Below the pieces are notes generated by a model. It saw only the letters and a list, made by a program, of their open reading frames with translations, made no database searches and was not told the origin of the DNA. A stretch of DNA of 63,977 nucleotides, the filler included, from Bigelowiella natans CCMP2755 (Eukaryota > Protista > Cercozoa), in assembly GCA_000320545.1 (NCBI GenBank). It is 9 parts of 9 records of this genome, joined end to end, with 100 filler letters (N's around TTAATTAATTAA, not from the genome) between each part and the next. Parts side by side here need not be neighbours in the genome. Positions count along the whole stretch, not along the records: positions 50,308 to 54,771 come from ADNK01000679.1; positions 54,872 to 58,139 come from ADNK01002745.1; positions 58,240 to 60,473 come from ADNK01001710.1; positions 60,574 to 61,623 come from ADNK01003506.1; positions 61,724 to 63,977 come from ADNK01000206.1; 4 more parts are not named here. One strand, 5' to 3'. Shown here one piece after another: positions 53,343 through 63,977 of the stretch. The translations under genes were made by a program, and so were the position numbers. Numbering within the stretch: the stretch's first letter is position 1; each line of letters opens with the position of its first letter.

Positions 53343-54407
53343 TGTGTGTATGTCGTCTACCAGGGGAGGGTTCAGAGGCTCGCTTTCCGTAAGAACCTGG
53401 AGGCGGAAAAAGAGAGTAATACGCTCACACAAGATTCGCACAACCACAATGGAAGGGTACATGCATTACAACGGGGGTGGGGTGGGGTGGGGTGGGGTGG
53501 GGGGGCATAACATATCGCCCTTCTAACACTCAGCAGCAATGGCTATTCTATCGTCCTTTGGCTTTTCTTCTTCTTCTTCTTCCATCGATAACGTGCTGTT
53601 TGTGTAAGAGGGGAGCTCAGATGATGATGCCTACTTGGAAGCATTCGATGCGGAAACGTAGGTCGACGCAGGAGCGGAGGAACGCGAAGCGAAGGGCGGA
53701 GTCGTCGTCTGGCAAAATCGAATTCACACGCGAGGGCATGGTACAGTGAAAATGTGGGGGGGGGGGTTTAATAGACGATGCTCCCATTGCACTCGGGTAA
53801 CAGGCACGCGCGCGCGTGCGTGTGTGTGCATGGAAGGCTACGATGGACCCAAACCTGGGGCGAAGATCCCTACGGCCGTCAGATTGTGACTGTGCTCCAG
53901 TATCGTTTCCTGCCCAGAAAAAATTCCCCACAGATAAGAACCGGAAGGGTTATGAAAGCTTGCGCGTGTTGGGGGGGGGAAGGGGGAAGGAGTGCTCCTC
54001 CTACTCCCTCCCCCCTCCAAGCACCGCATGCGGCGGCCCTTTTGACATTCTTACCAGGTTGTGGCGATTCCAAACCCCTTTATACGGCCGGGATGCGACC
54101 AAGGCTTTGAACGGGGTCACCACCTGCTCAATTTGGCAAAATCCATCCAATTTAGAACGGCCTGCATCACACATAGCACACATTGCTTGCGCCCCTCTAT
54201 GGCTGTTATGGGCGAGTGACCCCGAAACGTCGTTTTATAAAAAATGATGGTGGTAACAGCATTACGTTGCGGGAATGGAGGTCGTAGATTGTGCCATCGC
54301 GGATCGCTTTGATCTCCTTCAGGGGGTTGGGGGAGTGGGGGGGGGTGGGGGGGTAAGAATGTATTGCTGTGGGTCCGTACAGTGCTCGCAAAAAGCTCAC
54401 ACAAAGG

Positions 54408-54452
<45 letters not shown>

Positions 54453-54946
54453 ATGAAGTCCATTAGAAAGTGAATGCGTGAGAGAGAGAGAGTGTGTGTG
54501 TGTGTGTGTTTCATTTATTTACTGGGGCGTGAGAGAGCTTTTCCATCTTTCTTTGGAGTAAGCGGAAGAGGCCTACCTCGGCTTTGCAACCAAAATCTGC
54601 GATTCTAAACTGATCGACCTGGAAACCAATCACAATAGTATAAACAGTGGCCAAACCAAGAGCAAGGGAGGGGAGGGAAGGGGGAGGGGGGGAAGGGGAA
54701 GGAATACAGCATCTACAAAAGGAGAAATCCCTCCTATAATTAACCTGGGATAAGGCCTAAAGTTTTTTTTTNNNNNNNNNNNNNNNNNNNNNNNNNNNNN
54801 NNNNNNNNNNNNNNNTTAATTAATTAANNNNNNNNNNNNNNNNNNNNNNNNNNNNNNNNNNNNNNNNNNNNCGCACGCGCGCGCGCTCGTATAATAGATA
54901 TTCTTTATTTTATTTAAAGTATATAATTCGTGTACGTGTGTCGTGG

Positions 54947-54987
<41 letters not shown>

Positions 54988-55032
54988 AGTGTTGTTTTGC
55001 GTGCTTGGTGCTAATCAAGGTTGCATTCATAC

Positions 55033-55621
<589 letters not shown>

Positions 55622-56349
55622 TCTTCCTTCTGCAAAAAAAAAGGAAGGAGTAATAAGCGATTTCGCGATGGCCGATGAGGGGGGCGATGGTAAATCCGAA
55701 CTCGGAATTAAAGACGACATCTAGCTGTGCAGCGCATGCTGTTTCCCCCAACATCTCTTGAAAGAAAATGCTTGTCCAGGGTTTCACAATCCTTACAGGC
55801 AATTAAAGCTATGTAACGACAATTGCATCGCAAAACGATATTCTTCCACTCCCCCCGCCCCCCCCCACCGTCAGTTGAAGCACGAGAGGAAAGCTCTCCG
55901 CCTTGGAACAATAACAGTCTTCGGCTCGGAGATAGAGATATGGGAGCATTTTTCGGGCTGAAATACGTCGGTAAAATTAGTAAGTATTTTGATAAAAAAA
56001 GGGATTTTCAAGAAGCGACATGCGTAAGTTTTATTGCAGGTCGAAATTCGCCGGACGATACTTTATGCGAATTTCCTCGTGGAAACATCTAAAAAAACTC
56101 GCCAGTCCGCCTGGCGTTACGGAGATATTTTTATCTCTGAGTACAGTAAAAATCGTATTCGTTTTGAACGTGCGACATGGCGATACGGTTGACGCCAAAA
56201 GTAAATATTGCAGTTTCACTAGAATGTTTTGCAAGTATTATGGGGATTTTAAAATCGCGACATCTACTTTTAGAGATAGATTATGAAAAAATGAGAATTA
56301 TCTGGAAATTTCCTGCAATGCCTTCCTGAGGCCGATCATTTTTCAAATG

Positions 56350-56930
56350 AGCACATTCCAGCATGAAAATAGCTTTGTCTAGTTATCAATTGCGGTCAGC
56401 TAGATCGACTAATAGAGGCTGCTAGTGAGAGGTCTCATATCTATGACCAATGTGGTTGATTTCAATTGTTTCACAGCAGCAAAGCACATCACAGAATGCA
56501 AGAAGTCTAGAAGTGCTCCATTCGATCTAAACCATCTAGCCATGCTAGCATGCTAGCTAGCTAGCTGTGTGGGGAAGGTGCAACCCCACGCTAGCATGCT
56601 AGCACGCATAGAATAATGTGCAAACGTTTGCACAATGCAGTGCTCGGTCTAGCAGTGTTGTCGCGATCATCGCACGCTACGTCTAGACGTGTTGCTTTTG
56701 CAATTGACAACAGATTCATTCGCCATCAAGCTAGCAAGCTAGCAAGCTAGCAAGGCTACTGCCAATGCTTAATTGATGCAGCGCATAATTTCTAGAATTG
56801 CTAGATCATTGCACACTCGTTCGCAAATCTAAAGATCATCATCCATCTAGCCATGCTAGCATGCGATCAAAGCATGCTAGCATGGCATCTCTAGAATTGT
56901 GCAACGTCGTATCTCATCGTAGCGACATCA
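56350..56930. other. CTAG-dense, otherwise TpA-depleted intergenic island with internal repeats
   Basis: CCATCTAGCCATGCTAGCATGC at 56532 and 56843; (CAAGCTAG)3 at 56727; TA mostly within CTAG. Confidence 0.8.
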
Positions 56931-57252
56931 CACGATACATTACGAACACCGCGCCGTGTGTCAAACATATTATTATGCGGAATGCGAGAGTATTTAAACT
57001 TTATTAATGACAAACAACGCGAGTTGATTACTGCGATGATGTCGGTCATACGGATGGCCGGCCGTGAATCTGCATTTATATGTGGATCGCAACATACACA
57101 TCTAGACACGCATAGATGTGCATAACCACGATGATAAGAAATTAGTCGTTATCAACGCTGTAAGAATGCCGCCACCCCTTCTCGCTGCTGCCTTCCTCGG
57201 CCAATCGCACGCGTAGCAGCCTTGCAAATCGCGGCAAAAATAGACCGGTCCT

Positions 57253-57679
57253 TTAACAGACGGTGTTCCATATTTCCTGCACATCAAGCTTGCGGTTGAG
57301 GGCCTTGGCCAGCTTCACATCAACTCCTCGATGGAGGGAGTCGACGATGTATTGGCGAAGTCGCTGGAAGTCAAACCTGGGTTAAGAGTATGAATTTGCA
57401 CGACAGTCAACACCTTGCCGTATCGATGCTCAATGAGGGCGAGAGAATCTGTATAGGCGAAGAGAGCTCTGTCTGAAGGCTAGATGCGCTGTTGGGTTGA
57501 GCGTTTTGTGACAGGGCATGGTTATACCATGCTCTTTCTGGATTGGATTCGTTACCCAACGAGGCGTAGTACTCTTTCTCTCTCTCTCTCTCTCTCTCTC
57601 CTCTCGCACACAATAACACACAAACGCGCGCGCGCACATATACTAATAGTATCTGTATGCTTTTCTCATATTTATTTAC

Positions 57680-57724
<45 letters not shown>

Positions 57725-57874
57725 ATATCTGTGTATGTATGGCGTTGTTAGACGTTGGTTGCATACTCCTCAGGTCGTCGAGCGGAAACCATAAACACGC
57801 GCTCATCTGGCAGAAGAGAGTTCTTCTTTATGTCCTCTCGAATGCGATTAAGCGTTTCCTGACATCGGATTTGG

Positions 57875-57913
<39 letters not shown>

Positions 57914-58139
57914 ACACACCCACACACACATATTGAAAAGCTAATCAGAACTCCCTAGATTCGCCTTCTTATCTGCAGCCTCGCAATGTCGCTCATCGAG
58001 CTGCAACGAAGAGAAGATAACAACAGAATGCGCTTTGCAATGAATTATGATAACAATAATCAACAATAATAGCAAATAATAATAATAATGATGATAATGA
58101 CAGTATTACCTGCTCGTTTGATCCCGAATCTTTCTGCGC
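57253..58139 (-). CDS. 3' part of an intron-rich gene, possibly a P-loop GTPase C-terminus
   Basis: Exons ETLNRIREDIKKNSLLPDERVFMVSARRPEE (G5-like VSA) and FDFQRLRQYIVDSL...IWNTVC*. Confidence 0.35.
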
Positions 58140-58379
58140 NNNNNNNNNNNNNNNNNNNNNNNNNNNNNNNNNNNNNNNNNNNNTTAATTAATTAANNNNN
58201 NNNNNNNNNNNNNNNNNNNNNNNNNNNNNNNNNNNNNNNAACGCGTGGTGACATGTCAAACACACACACACACACACACGCAACATAATATAAAAACATG
58301 CATATGTACAAGACAGTTATATACATATAGATAGATAGATAGATATATGCATAATTGCATATTCAAATAGAATCGACTT

Positions 58380-59200
58380 TTTATGCTAATTTAGAAGCAC
58401 AACAACATACTGATTCCGCCATGGGTTTATTGAAGTTGAGGTAGATGTTCCTTCGGTACTTTATCAGATGTCGCAGCCGGTGAACGACCTGAGCGTGCAA
58501 AGCCATCGATTGAGTAACAAATGCCCGGCGCTGGTGGATGGCCATTCGAACGTTTGAGATCTTCATACCATGACACAATGATATCCGTTTTTCCTCTTTT
58601 TTTTCACCTCGCCGCATCTGGCAGGCATCTTCGCGTGCGTGTTCCCCCCCCCCCCCGGGGACGCCCCAACGACCCCCCAACATCTAACAATATTGATAGT
58701 GCCCAACTCTGGGGTTATGGCCTTCGAGACCAATCGGGGTGTCGTTGAGTTTGATGAGGCGTCCGCCTGCGGTTGGAATGTCCCCTTACATCATTCTAAA
58801 CGCTTCGGCATCTAAAATATAGTGCCACCCGCCCCATTAAGGGGGGGCGAATTGCGCGCTGTACGCACCCCCGTAATTCCCGAAGGCAAGGAATAACACC
58901 ACCGAAGAGGGCGGGATCGAATGAGAGAGAAAAAGAAACCGCTTGCCTGGCCGAATGCCCTTCTGCGCGGCTTGACTTCCCAGGTATAACCTGTGCGGAA
59001 AGGGGGGGGCAGAAGGGGGTGAGTAAGGGGGGGGGAGGGTGGAGAGTAGATGAGGAGAGAATAGAGGGGCCGTCCCAAATCAAGTTAATGCTTACCGAGG
59101 CCACAGTGGAATTTCTAAATTCGATTCCAACATGGCTAGGGCCGAATCGGAAGGTTAGGCTCTCATAGGCGCCGCTGCTTCTGCTGGGGGGGGCAGCCAC
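58380..59200 (-). CDS. Small PDZ-domain protein (one apparent homopolymer frameshift)
   Basis: LTFRFGPSHVGIEF...TVAS / VIPG(S)QAAQKGIRP / GGRLIKLNDTPI / QVVHRLRHLIKYRRNIYLNF; removing one G from CCTGGGAAGT restores VIPGSQAAQKG. Confidence 0.6.
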
Positions 59201-59767
59201 TCTCCTGCATGGCAGAGAGCAATATTAATGCGGCAAGAACGATGCAGATGGATAAAGAGGACAGGGATATTGAAAGGGCGATGACTTTCGAAGGAGGTTC
59301 TGGCGGCGGCGGCGAGGCATCGGTGCTCCCACGACACAGCTTAGCACAAGCACCACCGCCGCGCTTCCGGCCCTCATAGCGACATTTTCTGTTCGGCCAT
59401 TGTTGTAGATATTGTTTTGGATAATTTGCACATAGAAACATATTCATCCATAATATATCTCAAACAAAACTAGGAGGCGAACTCTTCAACTCTACCATCA
59501 CCTGATGGGTTTGACCATTTTAGACAGTGGGAAGGGAGTCATCGAAAAAACATCGTCAGATTATTTCCCAAAAATCTGTTGGGTTGGGAAATCCTCTGAT
59601 AATTGTAGGATTTATGTACTACGACATCAATTACAATGCGATTTTGAGTAAAATCACGTGGCTCCTATGGGCAACAACTAATACAACAACCGCCTACGTA
59701 CCACCACAAAAATAGGGTAGACGCCCCCCCCCTCGAAGTGGCGCTACGACCACGTTGTTTTAGAAAA

Positions 59768-60142
59768 ATGCTGCGGAAGCGGCTGCTTCCCGCCGTCACC
59801 ATCGGGTTGGGGGCTCTCCTCCTTTGCGCCACCATCTTTGAGGGGAGCAGGGTTCCCATAGTATCTATTTCCTGGCCGGCGAGCACGCTGCAAGCAACAG
59901 CAAATATTAGAATAGGCAAAGGGGGGGAGAGGGGTTCCGCTCGAAATTCTGCATCCGCGCAGATTCGAAGGCTAAGAACCTTGCAAGACTTCAGGCGGCG
60001 TCACCAGACGATGAGACCTTGCCGCGCTGCTGGTGACACCGAAGCGGGTTCGTCGCCGCCATCGGAAGAGGAGGGGGACTGGAGGTTCAGACTGAGCTCC
60101 TTCAACATGCTCTGCCCTCCCTACAAACGAATGCAGTCGAAA
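59768..60142 (+). CDS. Endonuclease/exonuclease/phosphatase (EEP) family protein with bipartite signal+transit leader, first exon
   Basis: Hydrophobic LLPAVTIGLGALLLCATIF, then an Arg/Ser/Ala-rich stretch, then FRLSSFNMLCPPYKR (EEP N-terminal SFNxL motif), followed by GT. Confidence 0.65.
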
Positions 60143-60888
60143 GGTAGAGAAAGAGAGAGGGGAGGGGGGGGGGGGGGGGGGGGAAAAAAAGAAGAGAGAA
60201 TGCGGTGACTTATACCTTGGGTGGGGACGAATGCTTTGTAATATAAAATAATTTTGGGGGGTTGGGTCCCCCGTCCACACCACCTTTTTCGTCCTTTATG
60301 GGGGGGGGGCCGCCACAATTCACGGGGGGGGGCCCCCTCTCCTCAGAAGACCCGGGAGGAAACCTTGCGGGTCCTTAATATTTATTGTAAGAAAGAACAG
60401 GGTATTTTCCTCCCCCGGAGCATCCGATCTTTGACACAAAAACACCAGATCGCGAAGAAATATGGGTTTTGTTNNNNNNNNNNNNNNNNNNNNNNNNNNN
60501 NNNNNNNNNNNNNNNNNTTAATTAATTAANNNNNNNNNNNNNNNNNNNNNNNNNNNNNNNNNNNNNNNNNNNNCCCCACCCTCCTTCACCCCCATTTTTT
60601 TATTAATTTTTCGTCATGAAATAAAATTGTAGATAAGCTACCATCCCGAGATAGACCCCTGGCCGTACCCCCAACTTTTTTAAATATGTTCTAGCCCCCC
60701 CTTTGGAACCGTGGATATTTCTCAAACGGGATCTTTCCCCCACCCCCCCCCCACCATCCCAAAAAAGCGCCGGTGGTCGCCCCCCCTCCTTTAACTCAGA
60801 TTTCTTTAAAAATCCCCACTGAGGTCTCTCTTTTCCCCCCCCCCCCCCCCCCCCCCTTTCCCTAAAAAAAAGGTCTTCTGCTCGTGCA

Positions 60889-61077
60889 GAATCGTGTCTA
60901 GAACGCTCGGGAGTATTCCGGTGGCGCGAAAGCATTTGCAGCTGTTAGGTATGATCGCATTCCTCCTCGGAGCTAAGATCCACGAGAGGCAGCCCCCCCT
61001 CATCCAAGAGTGCGTGGAGGCGTGCGCGAACCTATACTCCGCGGAGGAGATAAAACTTACGGAGGTTAAAGTGGCCA

Positions 61078-61117
<40 letters not shown>

Positions 61118-61128
61118 CTGCTGCTTCG

Positions 61129-61167
<39 letters not shown>

Positions 61168-61450
61168 AAAAAATATGTTACTTATTTTTTAATTATAAAT
61201 GCATCTTACGCTTAAAGCACGCACACGCACACGCACAAACAAAAAGGCCGATATGATGCCATTGATTGATTTGGCCCCCCCTCTACCCCACCCCAAAAAT
61301 CCTTTTCCTAAATCGCGCTGCTTGCGCCGTCGCTGACCACGTTATGCTCTCCCCTCCTCCTGTGCACGTGCAGACTCTAAAATGGAGCCTCAACTCTCCC
61401 ACCGTGTTCACCGTCGTAATGCACGTGCTCAGCTCACAGCGCTTCGACGT
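60889..61450 (+). CDS. Cyclin (cyclin-box fragment)
   Basis: RKHLQLLGMIAFLLGAKIHERQPP...YSAEEIKLTEVKVAK spliced to TLKWSLNSPTVF, the canonical cyclin N-terminal box. Confidence 0.88.
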
Positions 61451-61477
61451 AATACTAAATGAAGAGGGAGAGGAGTC

Positions 61478-61515
<38 letters not shown>

Positions 61516-61809
61516 GAGAGGGAGAGAGAGAGTTTTTCGTTTTGTTTCACTTCGTTATCTTGTTCTGTTGTCATCCCTGTGGATGACGACGGAGAAGAGG
61601 AAGAAGGAGAAGAAGAAGAAGAANNNNNNNNNNNNNNNNNNNNNNNNNNNNNNNNNNNNNNNNNNNNTTAATTAATTAANNNNNNNNNNNNNNNNNNNNN
61701 NNNNNNNNNNNNNNNNNNNNNNNTAGGAGGGAACGTTAACGGGGTAGGGGGGGGGGGGTGGGGGGGGAGGAGGGAGGGAGAGAGAGTACAAGAGTGACCA
61801 ACATCGACT

Positions 61810-63420
61810 CACCAGCATTAATGAAATGCACAAACACCAGCTATTTGTCTGCTCACTACCTCTGTTATCATATCAACAAGGTCGCCAGGAGTGACGCAAA
61901 GCTGCTCAGCCAATTCCGCAAGATGACCCATCGCCTCTCTCTCCCCCCCCGATGTGAGCAGATCGTCGCCGTCCTCCTCCTCCTCCACTAGGTCCTCAAG
62001 CACCATCATGTCCTTGGCGTCATCAACAATCGCTTTCGTGTCAATGAGGGGCTCTTCATTTTCAGTCTCTTCCCCCGCCTTTATGTGTGGTGATGAGATG
62101 AATAAGTGAAATGTACTTATGTAGTTGCACATTTATAACACGAAGTCAATGACTGGCGTGCGTGCGAACCGCGACTGCCATCACAATATACATATCAGGA
62201 GAGGGGGGGGGGGGGGCATTTGTCGGCGAATAATCCGATGAGGATGGAGAAAGACGAGTAGCGCGCACAATTAGAATTGAAACGGGACAACGGTGGGGGA
62301 GGGACTCGGAAGAAGATAAAAGAGGCGTATACGAGGAAGGGAGAGGGGGGGGGATAGAGTTGGAAGATAAGCGTAAAATACACCCTCCACCGACTCACTC
62401 AAGCCCTTTCAATATATTGCTATCTATACAAAAAAAGGAAAGAGCATGTGGGAAAGAGATACAGGGGTTAAGATCCCCTCCCCCCTATATCACTTCTACT
62501 GTAAAGAAGAAGAACAAGAAGAAGAAGAAGAAAAAAAAGAAAAAGAGGAAGAAAAGGAAGATAGATAGCACGCAGCAGACGCAGGGAGACGAACGATTAT
62601 AAACACACGACACACAGGTGCTGCTTTCAAGCGAGCATCATAATCTAAAGCACATGCAAAGAGGAGGGCCATCGATTCTAGTGTTAGTCTTTGACCCCTG
62701 GAGAGTGCTGCTGCTGCTGCTGCGCCCTTGACATCTCGCCAATCCGACCCCGCCTCCCCCCCCAGATGATGGCTGCTTTCTTCTTCTGCATGCCGTCCTT
62801 TTTGCTTCGCATCTTCTCTATCCTCTCCTTCTTACGAGCCTCACACGATGCTACTGCCGCGTCCGCATCCTCCCCCCCCTCAATAGAAGCCGCTGCCGCT
62901 TTTGGCCCCTCTTCTTCCTCCTCCTCCTCCTCCTCCCCATCCTCTTCCGCCCCCCCCCACCGCCGGCGGCGGCGGCGGCAGTTTGGTTCTTGGGGCGCGT
63001 CCTAATGAAGGAGGACGTGGCAGAGGAGGAGGATGGAGGCCACACCTTGATCGAGAGAGAGGCGCGGCTCCCCCCCCCCCCCCCTCCCCCACCGCCGAAG
63101 GATTGGTACTGGAAGAGGTTGCCGGGGTGGTGGGTGCGGGCGGAACTCATGGTCGCTATCGTCGCCATAGCGCTGCCGTGCGTCTTTGTCGTAGCAGTGG
63201 TGGCGCTGGTGTAGGATGAGCGGCGAGGGCCAGCGGGGGGGGAGGGGCTAGCAGCAGCGTATTCTTTACTTTTGCTGTTTCCTTTTCCCCCTCCCCCACC
63301 CCCTTTCCTCCCCCCTCCTTGACCTTGGGGACTATCGTTGTTGTTGCTGCTGCTGCTGCTGCTACCGCTATTAACGCCTCCTGTGAGCTTGCCAAACATG
63401 GCTGATAAAGACTCCCACAT
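61810..63420 (-). CDS. Low-complexity acidic protein of unknown function, multi-exon, with homopolymer frameshifts
   Basis: MWESLSAMFGKLTGG... ORF continuing through G-run frameshifts; downstream exon AGEETENEEPLIDTKAIVDDAKDMMVLEDL. Confidence 0.4.
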
Positions 63421-63864
63421 CTTCGTCCATGATACGTGCGCGTGTGTCGCATGGTTTCCGGGGGAAGAAGTAGATAAGAAAAGATCGGTGAAACATGTGG
63501 AGTGGGAGAGGATGAAGAGGTGGCGGCATTAAAAAGTAAAATAAAAAGGGTGTAAATAGTAAGGGGGGGGGGAGAAGCGGGAGCAACAACAAAATGAAGA
63601 AAGTGCAATGACCATATAAAGAGAAAAAGGTAGAGTTTCCAGGAGCGAGAGATGTGATGATTATGATGACAATGATGATGATGATGATGATGACAAGGCC
63701 CCATTTTTTAAAAAGGATCCAACGATTACAGCGATAACAACAAATCCACACATATTGCGCATATAGAATCACCAACAACCCCATGACAACAACAGGTCAA
63801 TGCATCCAACCAGATAGCAAATCACCGAAAGGAGAAGAAGAAATAAAATCTCCGCATCACGCCA

Positions 63865-63910
<46 letters not shown>

Positions 63911-63977
63911 CGGCTAGAGGGCGATATGGGAAAAAGGCGGTGGCAGGAGGATAACAGCACGAAACAATGCTACTGAT

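Noticed and set aside
56520-56900. CRISPR-like array from repeated CTAG-containing words
   Set aside because: No constant-length repeat-spacer periodicity, eukaryotic context and no cas genes.
58940-63100. Frameshifts in the PDZ gene and the 62700-63420 gene as programmed frameshifting or pseudogenisation
   Set aside because: They fall in G/C homopolymer runs on short, low-quality contigs; sequencing error is more likely.

Overview
Eukaryotic nuclear DNA from a protist. Bipartite signal+transit leaders and many short introns suggest a chlorarachniophyte-like alga (inference). The window is nine contigs joined by artificial 100-bp spacers (44 N + TTAATTAATTAA + 44 N). Recognisable genes, many intron-rich with microsatellite-filled introns: myotubularin phosphatase, an SDR with an in-frame TGA, purple acid phosphatase, MFS transporter, mucolipin/TRPML channel, VWA protein, a multipass membrane protein, flavin reductase (DIM6/NTAB), PDI-like protein, P2X receptor, PDZ protein, EEP hydrolase and a cyclin, plus the 5' end of an intact LTR retrotransposon (LTR, PBS, gag). 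The most striking signal is a set of sharply bounded intergenic islands (about 5155-6460, 12240-13280, 23900-24180, 33290-33840, 47520-48400, 56350-56930). In them TpA has almost vanished and TpG/CpA are abundant, while CpG is retained and surviving TpA is almost always CTAG/TAG/CTA. Tyr codons of an ankyrin relic read Cys/His, duplicated segments differ by TA/CA/TG swaps, and an apparent (TA)13 microsatellite has become an in-phase TG/CA mosaic. This points to a RIP-like, context-specific A:T->G:C hypermutation system (target about 5'-TAH-3') acting on repeat/intergenic DNA. All counts are by eye and exon boundaries were inferred manually.
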